64,000 nt of DNA, from the NCBI GenBank assembly GCA_020891255.1, contig BQFW01000009.1, forward strand, positions 1,674,001 through 1,738,000, given 5' to 3'. Both the position numbers and the translations under genes were made by a program. This DNA is from Entomortierella parvispora E1425. Its lineage: Eukaryota; Fungi; Mortierellomycota. Below, piece by piece: positions 1 to 12,775 of this stretch. Numbering within the stretch: position 1 is the stretch's first letter; each line of letters opens with the position of its first letter. The notes under the pieces are model-generated. The model did not search any database. It was not told the origin of the DNA and worked only from the letters and a program-made list of their open reading frames with translations.

Positions 1-520
1 GTTGGGCGTATGGGCGGCGCCGTCGGGGAGTTTTCGAGGCTCCTTTTCCTTCTTCTCGACCTTGCCAGCCTTGTCGATTTTAACAAAGGTGTATTCGAGG
101 GGGGCATCGACTCCGGCCACGTTGGCGGACCAGAGTGGGTAGTTGGCTTTGTTGGTGGTGAGCTTTGTCATCTTTCCATTGACCATGACTCCGAATTCAT
201 CGGTGTCCTTCTCGCGCAACCCCACAAGGTTGAATGTGACTATTCAGTGAAACCATAGAAGAGGCAACTAGGTGAGCAACATGAAAGAGATTTTCATGCT
301 GGATGATGAAGGATGAGGGGGGAAAAAAGCCGTTGCACTCTTGGTGAGCAAGTGGGCGGCGGACAGAGTTGATCGACTGTCGAGAAAGGGATCACGCGAC
401 AAAAATGTTCAAAGGCGAGGACTATCAAAGTGTAGGCAAAAGAAGAAGAGGGGCCAAAATGTTACCATCGGCCATGGCCATGGCAGCACACGCCGCCAAC
501 CCGATCAAGAGGCGAACCAT
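1..520 (-). CDS. cotH: CotH-family (spore coat protein kinase/invasin-like) protein, N-terminal part; runs off the window edge
   Basis: Exon 1 520-466 (signal peptide MVRLLIGLAACAAMAMAD), GT-AG intron 465-240, exon 2 from 239 gives VTFNLVGLREKDTDEFGVMVNGKMTKLTTNKANYPLWSANVAGVDAPLEYTFVK...RKLPDGAAHTPN. This resembles the N-terminal region of Mucoromycota CotH proteins. The kinase domain is not in the window. Confidence 0.7.
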
Positions 521-1411
521 CGTGCTACTTTCAGTTGGAACCTATGGGCAAACTAGAGGGAGGTTGCGATTGGACAGAGAGAAAGAAAGGACGAGAGGCG
601 AAAAACTGGGTAAATGGGTGGTGGGGAAGGGAGAAGGGGGGGAAGGAGAGGGGGGAAGAGAACAGGGCATATAAGAAAAAAAGAGAGAATGAGAGATCGC
701 GAACGACGCGAGATTAAACATTCCCTCTAGATTCTTGTTTGTCCGTAAGGTGTCTAGGATGAGGGGAAATAGGCAAGTACATGCGGAGAATTCTATTCTG
801 GCCCTATTTTTTTTTTTTTAGTCCACACGACATGCTTGAACGAGAGAGAAAAAGAGAGAGAGAAGAATGAACAGCTGTCGTGTGCAAATGTCCTGAGCAT
901 GTAGCGACCTCTCTCTTCCTGAACGGGTCGAAGGTCTGTGCGATCGAGGGTGGCACACACACGCCACCAAACGTCATTGTGGGCTGATTGTCACATCATA
1001 CCATGGGCTAGGTCGCCAAACGCTTTGCTAATATCGTTGGCACCCTCTTGCTCTTTATTTCTGAGAATAGGCCCCAGTCAAAGGACCAGCCATTCAGACT
1101 GGCGCCACGTCCAAAGAGTCAAGTGAATGAAAATGAATAGGAAGAGAAACCAGCGCTACGTGGCAGCGACCAGAGTGCTTGCTCAGTCAGCAGTCACGTG
1201 CACCCCCTCGATGCATTTGAAGCCCACGCCCAACGTCTCTTCTTCCTTCACAACTTCATACCCCTTCGTCAGTTTATCCCTCCATCCCTGACCGTTCTTC
1301 CCTCCTGGTCTCCCCTTGCAGCACACCGACCCGGATCGCTGCTAACGATACCCAACTGAAAACAACCTCCATTTGTTCTCTTTCCCATTCCGCATTCATA
1401 CACAAACGACC

Positions 1412-3802
1412 ATGTCTCGAATGCCCAACCTCTGCTGGGCCATTCTTGTGACCCTCATTGCAGTCCTTGCCACAGGAATGTTCTTTGGCAACCCAGAAAG
1501 TTCCTCTGTATCCTGGATCTCTCCTCAACCCGACTCTGACATGAATGATCTCCTGCTACATAAGCAACAGCCGACACAGTGCAACAACGTAACAAAAAAG
1601 AGTTGCAATTTGGGCGCATTTTCAACCTCTCGATCCAAGGTCCATTTTTTTTCTCACGTACCCTCCTGAAATGTCTGTACTTTGCATCTAGCCTACAGGA
1701 CTGATCGGAGACTCCTCCTGCTGTGATTACGAGACGGTTGGGAAACTCAATGTCGACTTTTCTGCAAAGCTTGCCGAGGTGGTCAGCATGCCGTTTTTCC
1801 GGTATTTCAAGGTAAAAGGAGGCTCTAAGAATTTCTCCATTCGATCAGGAGGATGACTCCCGAGGAGAGGGAGGAGCGATCTTCGGCGTCTATCCCGATT
1901 TCACTGATCAGGAACGCCGTTGGTGATGGACCCAGCGACGAAGAAAATCGGAAATCTAAAATAATACTTGGCTCCACTCTGATTCTCACCACCTTGCCTC
2001 ATTGTTTTATTTTTTTTTTGTTTTTTGTTTTTCTTGTTTCAGGTCAACCTGTACAAGGAATGCCCCTTTTGGAACGGCGCAGGATTGTGCATGAACCGGG
2101 ATTGCTCAGTTGAGACTATGGACAAATCCAAGATCCCGGAAAAGTGGAAGAGCCACAACCTGGGCAAGGTATCCATGCCCTCCTCCCTGAACCAGGTTCG
2201 TGTCGCTTGACTAAACTCGAATATCGCTTTGTTTTGTACCATGCATGGCCTTCTAGCTTCTTTTGATATTCATATCTGTACAATGTCAACAGCCATTCGG
2301 CATGATTAGACCAGTCAAGCCCACGATCAAGGAACAGGAGTTTTGTGTACCTGAAGAGTTTACGGACGAAGTTTATGTGGATCTGAAGGACAACCCGGAG
2401 CGATTCACAGGATACTCTGGACCCTCTGCGGCGATAGTTTGGAAGGCGATTTATGAGGAGAACTGCTTTGATGTATCCAAGGAAATGACAGCAGGCTGTC
2501 ATTACTGCGAATCTGAGCGAAAGAAATTGGAAGAGCAGCAGCAGCGTCACAAGGATCATCAACACGGCAAGGATGAGGAAGCAGTGGAGGAAATGGAGAA
2601 CAACATCCTCGTCCCTCCAGAGCCTGCTCCTATGAAGCCTCATAAGCCATCCAAGCGGGAGATGGAAGAGATCTTTTCAAGAGTACCCAAAGGAAAGGGA
2701 GGACTCCAGCAACTGATTCAGGATATCGCTGATGACCGCAACCCCGAAGAATCTTGCTTGGAGAAGCGAGTCTATTACCGACTCATCTCTGGTCTTCATG
2801 CCTCCATCTCGATCCATATCTGTGATGAGTGGTTCAACCAGACAACAGGCGAGTGGGGACCCAACCTGGACTGCTTCATTTCCCGTGTGGGCATGCATCC
2901 TGAGCGTCTTGAAAACATTTACTTTGACTACGTGGTCCTGCTTCGAGCTGTAACCAAGATCTCGGATTACTTGGCTGGATACGAGTTTTGCACCGGCGAT
3001 GACAACATCGACAGCAATATCATGAATGTGGTCAACGAACTGGTGGGTCTGGTCAAGAAGTGTCCACCGACCTTTGATGAAAAGTTGCTTTTCCAGGGCG
3101 ACCACAAGGGTCAAGTCCAGAAGCTCAAACATCAGTTCAGGGACCATTTCAGGAACGTCACAAGAATCATGGTAGGTTGTTGTTGTCATACTGACAAGGA
3201 TCATTTGCCAGAGTTATCGATATCTGATTTTTTTTTTTTTTTTTTTTGTTTTCATAGGACTGTGTTGGCTGTGAAAAGTGTCGCCTGTGGGGCAAGGTCC
3301 AGACCATGGGTCTCGGAACGGCCCTCAAACTTTTATTCTCATATGATGAAGAGTCCCTACAGTAAGCTTTTTGTTCTCGACTGACCTATGTCGCAGATTA
3401 GAAGCACCAACATTTGTTAATTCTCATTATTTTGTGAATGTTAGGGGACGCAAAGCGGATGGAGTATTGACGCGTCCAGAGATTGTGGCGCTTTTGAATA
3501 CCTTCAACCGATTCTCTGAGAGTATCTCGGCCATTGAGCGGTTTGGGGTCATGTACCAAAACCGACTGGATCAGGAACAAGCAGCTCAGGAGAAGAACGG
3601 CCAGGATGGTTCGGCTCAAATGCCAATCAGAGCACCCTCCAAGGAAGAAGATGACCAGGATGCCTTGGTCTACAAAGTCTTGCTGACAAAGATCCAGACA
3701 AAGGCAGAGGCGGCTTACAAAGTCTTGGATCATGTCCTCGAGAGTCGAAATGTAACCATCCATCGGACAGCACTCAAGAATCTGGCTTCATGGATTCGCT
3801 AA
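1412..3802 (+). CDS. ERO1: ER oxidoreductin 1 (multi-exon)
   Basis: N-terminal hydrophobic segment; [10 protein letters not shown]...C..RDC; [16 protein letters not shown]; [21 protein letters not shown]; after the intron at ~3172-3258, [28 protein letters not shown] (CxxCxxC active site); [16 protein letters not shown]. Confidence 0.95.
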
Positions 3803-3883
3803 AAGAGGTAGAGAGTTTCGACATGTATTTATTTCAAAAAAAAAAAAAAAGACTGTAAAAAATTGCTCAAGGCATAATGTTCC

Positions 3884-4062
3884 CATCCTCAGTTCTGCTC
3901 AAGGGTGTTGTTGAATGGCAAAGGACTCAGATACCAGTTTGCAGGGAATATATCTGAGGACTTGTTGTAGAAGATGACGACCTAGATTCCCAACCCAGCC
4001 CAACTAGCTAGTCACCACTCTGTACTTTGGCCCAAGGTGATGTATCAAAGGAAGTAGCTGTG
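3884..4062 (+). repeat. Degenerate direct repeat, copy 1 (ERO1 3' flank); copy 2 at 5915-6065
   Basis: Shared blocks CATCCTC, AAAGGACTCAGAT, TTTGCAG.GAATATAT, CTAGTCACC.CTCTG and GCCCAAGGTGA.GTATCAAAGG occur in the same order. Copy 1 carries an extra ~28 bp. Confidence 0.85.
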
Positions 4063-4230
4063 TACCCATGGTGCCTGCCTTTATCTTTCATGCCTTCGTG
4101 CAAAAATCAAATTGAAAGAGCTAATCACGTGCAGGGAACATGTCGTGCTTGTCGCGTTGGTGAATTGCTCCCTACATGCATGCGCTGTCATTGCTATTCA
4201 TTCCTGTCCTTCACCCATCAAAACGTACAA

Positions 4231-5754
4231 ATGAATTCCCAGAATGCATTCATTCGGCCGAGTCCTCTCGTCATCCCAGAGCTGTTGCAGCTCATTACAT
4301 CCTTCATGCACAAACGCGACATCCTCTCTTGTCTCCGCGTTAGTCGTATTTGGTACCAGGCTTTCCTTCCTTGTCTCTGGACAGATCTCAGGATTCAGTT
4401 GGAAACAAAAGGATGTCATGGACCGTTTCAACCTGAATGCCGCAAATACTGGCATTGGGTTCGAAAGCTTACTATATTTTGCCCCAACAGCTTCTTGATG
4501 CCATGCAGCACCATCAAATGCCCAAACCTGACGTATCTGGAGATTCATGATAGCTACAGATTCATATACTCAGCTTTCAAGAACGAGAGGTCACTCGCTT
4601 CCTTGATTAGGAGACACCAGCCATCTCTGAGGATCTTTTCTTCCTTTGCCAATGCCACAAACCAATCTCTCGAAGCTCTCTCTGGCTGCGCTAAGCTGGA
4701 GAAACTCCAAATGCACCTTCAATGCTTCAAGACACTGGAGGACTGGTTGAAGTGGTACGGACCCCTTTGGTCCCGTCAGGAGGCCCTCTCCTGGATGGGT
4801 ATGCTCCAAGCTGTAACCACGTCCGAGGATGTTGTTACAGATACTATGAACGCCTTTTCCAACCTTGAAGCAACAGTCATCAAGAGCCTGGATTTGGATC
4901 GCTCTCCGTATCATACGTACATGTCTGCCCTGCCGATTCATGTGATACTCATCATGAAAAGCCCAGAATTGATCAAACTTCGCTGGGACAGCCAAGACGC
5001 GGTTTCCATTCTCTGCAGAATCGCACAAACGATACCGTTTGGTCAGAACCTCAAGGATCTGAGGCTACCTTCTGCGGATATGAAAAGCAACGACCTGAAA
5101 AACCTTCTCACCCGACTCCCTAAACTAGAGCAGCTAGAGATTGAGCATGGCAAAATGGACATGGATGCACTCGGAATTCTCCGGATAGAGTCACCTCGGT
5201 TGTTGACAATATTCAAGGTACTGGGACTCAAGGGCAATATCAGCCGAACCACGGGGACACTGGCACATGCGATTCTAACCTCGATGCCGGGCCTGGAAGA
5301 GTTTTCGATCGATTATATCACCGACGTTGACATTTGCAGGGGAGGCGGTCAATGGGTTTGCTCCGGATTGAAAAAGCTGAGTATGGCTGTCGTCCTTCTT
5401 GAAGAAGGGACGCAGGACATGGTTCTGGATATGCTTGGAAACCTAGAAAACCTTAGAACTCTTGATTTGTCCATGGGGCACATCTACCGCAGCATCCATA
5501 TCGTGCCTACAGGAAAGCACGTAAGGGACTTTGGATTGAGGATATCACTTGGTCGAGGTTTGGATAAATTGAGAATGCTGCATCGATTGGAAACGTACGT
5601 TGGGCCACAATTGCATCGCACATCCCAGTGGAAGGAAGCTGAGGCACGCTGGATACTTCAACACTGGACCAACTTGAGGACACTCCGAGAAGTCTGCGTG
5701 AATGGGGAAGCAAATGACCTTTTGTGGTTTCGCGTATCCGGATACCGACATTGA
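4231..5754 (+). CDS. Intronless F-box domain / LRR (RNI-like) protein
   Basis: SPLVIPELLQLITSFMHKRDILSCLRVSRIWYQAFLPCLW is a typical F-box. It is followed by leucine-rich segments (CPNLTYLEI, LPKLEQLEI, WVCSGLKKLSM, LENLRTLDL). ATG 4231 is preferred over the upstream non-ATG start in the ORF track. Confidence 0.8.
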   Translation: MNSQNAFIRPSPLVIPELLQLITSFMHKRDILSCLRVSRIWYQAFLPCLWTDLRIQLETKGCHGPFQPECRKYWHWVRKLTIFCPNSFLMPCSTIKCPNLTYLEIHDSYRFIYSAFKNERSLASLIRRHQPSLRIFSSFANATNQSLEALSGCAKLEKLQMHLQCFKTLEDWLKWYGPLWSRQEALSWMGMLQAVTTSEDVVTDTMNAFSNLEATVIKSLDLDRSPYHTYMSALPIHVILIMKSPELIKLRWDSQDAVSILCRIAQTIPFGQNLKDLRLPSADMKSNDLKNLLTRLPKLEQLEIEHGKMDMDALGILRIESPRLLTIFKVLGLKGNISRTTGTLAHAILTSMPGLEEFSIDYITDVDICRGGGQWVCSGLKKLSMAVVLLEEGTQDMVLDMLGNLENLRTLDLSMGHIYRSIHIVPTGKHVRDFGLRISLGRGLDKLRMLHRLETYVGPQLHRTSQWKEAEARWILQHWTNLRTLREVCVNGEANDLLWFRVSGYRH

Positions 5755-5914
5755 ATAAAATGTTACATTGCCCAAACTGTTGTTCTAGAGAGGCATTGTA
5801 CTTTCTAATGGATCTTTGAAGAACCTAGTATCATTCGGGCAGCCGGGCTGTATCGTGTATGGTCGTACATTCCGCTTTAGTGCAGGTACCGTGTATCTCC
5901 AACCCCCATGTAAT

Positions 5915-6065
5915 CATCCTCTGTCCAACCCGAAGGTTTGGTTGCTTGGTAAAGGACTCAGATGCCCATTTGCAGAGAATATATTTCAAAACTTGTGTCC
6001 AACCCAACTAACTAGTCACCGCTCTGCGATTTTGCCCAAGGTGAGGTATCAAAGGGGGTAACTGT
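5915..6065 (+). repeat. Degenerate direct repeat, copy 2 of 3884-4062
   Basis: AAAGGACTCAGATGCCCATTTGCAGAGAATATAT (5951) and CTAGTCACCGCTCTG...GCCCAAGGTGAGGTATCAAAGG align collinearly with copy 1. Confidence 0.85.
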
Positions 6066-7581
6066 AGAGCTTTCGCCCTGACTCCTAACCAGATGCTATG
6101 CCCTTGGCATCCACAGAAGCGGCCCCCCACACAACCCACATGCTACTAGCCTAAGTGAAAGGAAAGAGTCGATCGAACTTGACAAGAGAGCTCAAGACCA
6201 ACGAAGGACCGAGGACAGAACTGGGTCCTTGCTTGCGACCGATGGAGAAAGATTTCTTGGTGGCGCTGGTGGCGTGCGGCGGCCATTGTCTTTCATGAAA
6301 GAATGAAAGAAGGACCTGAGGCGACTAAAGGAGAGAGGACGCAGACACACATGGGACTTTTGGTTTTTTCATACGATCAGGAGCTCTTTAGCGCGACAGA
6401 CTTTCTGAGATTCAAAAGGATGTTTTGCTTTTGAAGCAGGAACACAGGAATGCGGGAAGGACCAGCTCTGGAAGAAGACCCTTCAAAGTGTTCATTGAAG
6501 GCAATATTGTCAACACGAAAAAAACAACAACGTTGGTGCAGCACGCTGAATCTTGGCCAATAAACAGGACAACCACGTTATCGCGTTGACCGACGCGTCT
6601 GTTTTAAAAATCCTGATTCAAAGGGCAACCAACGAAGGGACTCTTTCCGAGAAGTTTCTCTGTGGAATAGGGCTGAAGGATCTGCTTGAATTTGAGTTTT
6701 CTTTACAATTCCGACGATCTCGAGAGCTTGCCGGACTAAAGTGCATAAAGAAGAAAGGAAGAAAGGAAGAAAGAGCGGTCAATGAGTACGGCAATTGCGT
6801 TGACAGAGTGAAGGGGTAGTAAGAGTCTTGGCCCGAGTTGCCCGATCAAGAACCCCTGTGCTTCCAGCTGTCCGTCCCGCATCAAAGAGCCTGAAGCGGA
6901 GCGAGATGAGATGAGATGGGGACAAGCGCCACTTTCTAGCATCGGTGTGTGTGTGTGAGCAACGGTGTCTCTTCCTCCAAGAGGTGGAGAGATTAGACAC
7001 AGTTGCTCCTTTTGGTGTTTAGGGCGAGAAGAGGGGTTGTGTTGCAACCGAACTTTGGGAGAGTGCTTTGGTCCTTGGGGGTGCTGTGCCAACGCGAGTG
7101 GAGCCGTGAGTAGGAGGGCAGAAGAGAAAAAAGGGGAGTAGGAGGAGGAGGAGGACAGACAGGGGTTGGTGTTGTGCGCTCGTCTGGCCTGCTTCGTTTC
7201 GTCGTTGTCTGTTCCCGCGTGGCTGCCCGATGCTCACACGCTGGTCTCTGGTCTGCTGCCTCGTGAAAAGAGAACAAAGGTCATTCCTAGTCTGGCTGTA
7301 TGCATTGGACAAGGCGACTCCTTGTGCGCTCATCCCTTCCCTTCCTCGTTGTTCTCTGCCCCATTGCATTGCATTGCCGTCCTTCCTTCCTCTCCCTTCT
7401 TTACCCCCCGCTCCATTATACCCCTTCCTCTTACAAACAGGATTCGCTCTCATCTCCGAATCCTCGCCGATTGTTCGCTTACCGAAACCTACCGGCGGAC
7501 TCTTTTCAGCTCTAAACCCGACAACAAGGACATTCCCATTGACACGTCCACCCAACACGGAACCATCATCTCCGCCAAGCG

Positions 7582-9856
7582 ATGGACATTGAGCGCGATT
7601 CAGACGGTTGTTACTGCCTCCAGGGACCGAGATGTCCGCACTGGATGGCGTCGCAATCCCGCTCAAAGAATCTCTCCAACATGAGCGAAGGCATGCTCCG
7701 TGATGGTAACGGCCTTGAAAGCACCCCTACCACTTCCTGCCCCAATTCCCCTGCCTCCCCTTCCTCTCCCTCCGCTCCTGCCACAAACGTTTGGACCAGT
7801 ACCCGAAGATTGGGCCCACGACCTGATCCTGACAAAGCGTTGTCGTCTTCCTCTTTTATTGGGATACCGCGCTTATTAGACAATGACCACCGTCCCATGG
7901 TCAACGAACTCCAACGAGAGGTATGTTCTCCCTCCCACAAAGGATCAGCTTGACCCGCATACTGAAGTTGTTGCCTTGGCAGATTTTTATTTTCTCTCTC
8001 TCTTTGTTGTGATCGGACACGAGACTAAAACAACAACAACAAACACTCACCTGTTTTTTTTTCTCTTTCTCCCAATGACCTTTGCAGTTGCGCCTGGCCA
8101 TGCTCGAGATTGAAAAGATGGCAAAGTCAAGCAGGGACATGGCAAAATTGAACCAGGATCTGGAAGAATCACGGCTGGTGGCTGTGAGTGAGCAAGCAAG
8201 GACAGCCAAGCGACTGTTGCTGATGACCAGTCAACTGGAATATACGGAACAAAAGCTCTTTAGCCTTTCGCAAGAAGTCGATGATGGGCTCAAGGATTCG
8301 GATCTGTTGAGGATAGAGCGGATCAAACGGGAAGCCCTTCAGGAACGGGAGGACGCTAGTCGACTCAAGATCGAGGCTCTGCAGGATGAACTGCAGGAGG
8401 TTCAAAGGTCAGAGAGAACATTGCAGCAGAAACTCTTGACTACACAGACAAAATACGAAGCCCTGGGGAAAAGACATGACCTACTGAGGAGGCAACAGCA
8501 AGAATCAGACATGGCCAGGGAGAGCAAAGAGGCTGTGGCGTGGCTCAAGGAAACAACTCATCGCCTCATGTCCCCCCCAGAAGGTAGCCTGGGTCAGGCC
8601 ATTCAGCAGGAAAAGGCATCGCAGGGATCTGCGCCGATCAACATCTTGCAGTCGCCCTCGACCTCACCACCTTACCCATCGTCCATCGGAGAACCACCAC
8701 TGGCGGCCCAGAATCAACTGATTGGGTTGATCAAGGAACTGGCCACGACCAACTCGACCCTTCGATCAGAATTGAGCGAATACAGGGACTTGCTACAAGA
8801 TGCCAGGAACGAAGTCATTTCTCTGAGATCGCAGGTTGAGGATTATGAGCAAGGTCATGGATTTGATTGTTGTGGTAGCGGTACGCACGACGACAACAGC
8901 TCAGATGGATACAACGTCTCTAAAGGAACCTGGGGCAATCTCGACCCTTCCCTGATCGCTCTCGATCCAGCTCTTCAGCAACAGCACAAAGATAGCATGG
9001 CACTAACTACGGGATCACCACCACCTTATATGACCACAACCCCTGTGCCACCAACCCAACATCATCTGCACCACCATATCCATCTGCCAGGAGTACGAGG
9101 CAATGTCTTTGGAGAGCTGGAGCGATTGTACAGTCAAAACCATCCACCACCTGTCGGCTCTAGTCGACACAAAGGAAAGTCATCTTCAAGAAAGGACCAC
9201 CATGGTAGCAGTCGACGGTCCGGAAAGGAGTCTCGATCGTCTCATCATCACGGTCGCCATTCAAAACATGATCAGCAACAACCCATCCCTGCCGATCTGA
9301 GACCAGCCGCCGTCACTGTCTCCACCTCGACATCAACTTCTGAAGCGCGTCGAGATGCCGGAATCCAGCCTTCTCCCAAGAAAGTATTGATGTCATCACA
9401 AGGCTCTGGATCGGGTAGCAATGGTAGTAGCAGTAACAGGAGGCCCACAAACCCAGAGAGTATGCTTGAACGGAAACAGCGAAGCCGAAAGTCGCTCTAC
9501 ACGGATGTCGATATGGACATGCTGGATTCTGAGAGTGACCACGAAGATGAACGGGCTACGGGACGCGGACGAAGTAATAGCACGGCAGCCGCAAAACGTA
9601 CCACGAACGATTATGGCGATGACGGAGGACATGAGAGTGCAGACCCGGAGATGCTCTCTGACTTTGGTGATTCGGGAAGCGACCATGAACCCGGCTTTAT
9701 TGCTCAGTTTGCAGAGGTAAGAACAACAGAAAGCAATCTTTTGTTGTCGCAATTGACCCGTTTCCACTGACTAACCATTGTCTTCTTTGGAACATGCAAT
9801 AGACCCTATCTTTCCTTAGTTTCTTTTCTGGACCCATGCAAGGATCACCACCTTGA
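7582..9856 (+). CDS. Uncharacterised coiled-coil / low-complexity protein (3 exons; start and last exon uncertain)
   Basis: ORF 7582-7920, intron 7921-~8088, then a long ORF with heptad-rich LEIEKMAK...LQQKLLTTQTKYEAL and His/Ser-rich tail. Donor GTAAGA at 9717, acceptor at 9801-9802, short last exon TLSFLSFFSGPMQGSPP*. Confidence 0.6.
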
Positions 9857-9945
9857 ACAGCCTCAACGTGGATGAAACTTTTAGATACCCATCCAGACAA
9901 TACAGCAATGTTTTGATAGAGAATATATTTTGCTGATGGACACAG
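9770..9945 (+). repeat. Duplicated segment, copy 1 (last intron end and last exon of the coiled-coil gene; 3' flank of F-box A); copy 2 at 13537-13712
   Basis: Shared TCTTT.GAAC..GCAAT, GACCCATGCA.GGATCAC, GAACAGCCTCA, CATCC.GACAATACA and AGAATATATTTT blocks. Confidence 0.85.
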
Positions 9946-10047
9946 ATCCATTCCTGAAAACCTCTAGGAGAGTCCTTCAGTCCACATTGTTCTATCTGAA
10001 GTGTTGATGTGTGTGTATATATAAGACTACGACTATGAAAAAAAAAA

Positions 10048-12469
10048 CTAAATATCAAGAAGTAGATGTGGGCATTCCGAGTATTGACAAATGATCTTGA
10101 CATCTGGACGCATTGCGCTCATGGCCTCTTGAACAAGATCTGCTTGAACACGGGCCGACTCGAGACTTTCTTTCTGCAAGGAACCGTTCGAGAGCAGAAC
10201 CCTCTCCAATTGCGGCCAAGGCTGGGCACCGTCAGGTCCTGATGCAGCGTATTTCCATAATCCCAAGGTATCCCCATCACTCTCCGTGTGCTTCTGGAGC
10301 AGGTGCAACCGGGCCGAAAAGAGAGCCTCCATGTCCAGGAAGGAGCCACAAAACTCCATATCCATCAACCCGTCAACCTTGGACAAGGCCACAGGGGAGA
10401 CTGGGTTCTCTGGATTCGCTGGAGCCACTGGATCCTCCAGGTCCTCTGCGTCCTCTGCGTCCTCTGCGTCATCTGCGTCATCTAGATTATCTGGTTCCTC
10501 GGGATTCTCTAAATTATCAAAACTGGATAGGAATCTATGTCTGACTTGCTGCCGATGCATCTTTCTTCTACGCTCTTCGACTTGACTGGGTGTGCCAGGA
10601 GCATACGAGCCTGCATCCGGGACGGTCGTGGACCAGGTTCGAACTTTGTCCGCACACTGTATATAACCCTCATAGGCTGACTCATGGCGACGACGGCGAC
10701 CCGCCTGGACTGGACCAGCCGACTGCAGCCTGTAGTCCATGACCCTGCCCCTATGATAGGCGATACCTTGCATCCAGACGAAATCTTGCTTCTGAGGACG
10801 GTCAGAAAAGGTATAAGAGTCTTGAATCGAGGTGTAAATGGCCAAACGTCTCAAATCCTTCAATCGCGTCAGCAGGCAGAGTCCGCTCTCCATTGCGTAC
10901 AATCGACAAGGTACCACGAGCGTCAGATCATCCAGCTGGGGACACACTCGGCCCAGATACCCAAAGATTCGTCTTGTCATGATATCGTTCTCTGCCAAGG
11001 TCAAGTCTTCGGATCCACTGTTCAGATTCAACGTCAATGTCTTGAGTCGACGACAGGACCAAACGCTTGCAGCTGTGGCTCGAAAGGTGCCATCTCCAGC
11101 ATGGGCACGATTACCCCAGAGGACCTCGGTGGACATGGGGATATGGCCCGCCTTGAAATGCTCCAAAGACGGGGACTGGCAGAGCAATTCCCACAAGAGG
11201 ACGTCTCGGCCACGATCCCAATGGGGCCCCTGGGATCCGGCCGTCGAGCTCCCAGGTAGGATCTCGAGGGACGTAAGATGGTTTCCGATTGCTCGACGAG
11301 TCAAGGCCCTCCAGATCGGGTTCGAGGCTTGAACGCAGCTGTAATTGATTCCCCAAGCTGTGACAGACGAAAACAGCTCCACGGGCACCATGGTGGCATG
11401 CTGCCAGCCGCCAGTGGTCATCTTGTCATGACAACTGAAGCTGATCTGCTTCAGTTCTGGGCAGCGGCAGCTAACAAGTCTCCAAAAGAGAGCATCTTGG
11501 ACCCCTCGGACGCTGCCCTCTTGATGGTTATGAAGGAGGGCTGTCGCCATGGACCTCATGGCAGCCGAGGCGAGGGCCTGTGGGTGTAGCGAATCTCGGA
11601 TGTTCACGAGGGAGAGATCGGTGAGGTTCTCGAGGTAGGGAAGATAAGACGAAAAGGCTTTAGGGGAGAGACGAACACCGTTCAAAAAAAGGAGACGGAG
11701 CGCAAGGGGGCCCTCCAGATGATGATTTCGACGTAGGGATTCAACCGTTGGGGGCTGTTGAGCCAGCAGAAATCGGTTGCGGTGATCTTGCAGGGTTCCC
11801 TGATGGCAACTCAACGACAGCGACATGAGGCGGCCGCACTGGGTCAAAATCAATTCCAGCGGGACAGACTTTGATCCGAGTGGCATGTCCATGGACAACT
11901 CTTGCAGCCCTAAATGGATGATGCCCACCCACCATCAAAGATAAAAAAGATACCAATTGGGTTTCAAAAACTTTGAGAGCAAAAGAGGAAAGGGCGCGTG
12001 CATGCGCACGTACATGTGGAGTGCATGTGTTTTTTTTTGTGGAACATGATTAGATTAAAAACTTACGTTCGTAACTGCAGGTTCTGAGTGAACCACAGAC
12101 CATTGGCAGGGCCATCTTGTTCCAAAGCTTGGCCCCGGTGCCAGTAGCCAAGTGTTCCCATGGGCCCAGCTTCAGGTCCACGGTCAAAGCAGTAGCGTGG
12201 GGGAGTTGTCTGGGAAAGGACTTCCATACTTGCGGATCGAGGCCTCTGAGTCGGAGGTGGCCCTGCAACGGCGGTCGGATGATGCAGAACCACAGAGTGC
12301 AGACGTAGACTGCAGAGTTCAGGAGGGTGTGCTGATCCAGAAAAGAAAAAATGTTCATGACGATCTCTGGGATGTCGACAGGGGAAGGTGGGGAAGGTGG
12401 AGAAGGCGTCGTTGCGGTTGTCTTGACGATTTTTTTACCGACAACTCCTTGAAGTACGGTGAGTGCCAT
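10048..12469 (-). CDS. F-box/LRR-like protein, paralog A
   Basis: Exon 1 12469-12067 contains SPVDIPEIVMNIFSFLDQHTLLNSAVYVCTLWFCIIRP (F-box). Intron 12066-11910 (GTAAGT...TTAG). Exon 2 is open to the stop (LQELSMDMP...WSCRRLKTLTL...VCPQLDDLTL...HLLLDI*). Confidence 0.85.
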
Positions 12470-12775
12470 GGTATTTGCTACTGGTGATGGGACGATGTTG
12501 GGAGGATGGTGGGATTAGAAAGCGAGATAGGGATGGAGTAAGAAAAGAGAAAGAGAAAGAGAGAGGTGAAGCGCGCTTTTTATATATATGAAGACAAGAG
12601 GAGGAGACACCGGAAACGAGATGAAACAGCAAATCAGCATGGCCATCAGCGCTATATGAAAACGAAAGGCATCACCCAGGGCTACTTAGAGGGGAGCTCT
12701 GCACAATCATGGGCCATGCACAACCAATTCAATGCCAAAAAAGAAAACCTGGACGTTACCCTTACAAAAAAAGGG

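Noticed and set aside
3884-6065. LTR retrotransposon
   Set aside because: The repeats lack TG...CA ends, and there is no PBS/PPT or gag-pol. The internal ORF is an F-box protein.
6066-7581. Several 70-215 aa ORFs on both strands
   Set aside because: They are low-complexity and lack motifs. One strong minus-strand acceptor-like site (~6737) had no matching donor or coherent frame. Treated as intergenic or UTR.
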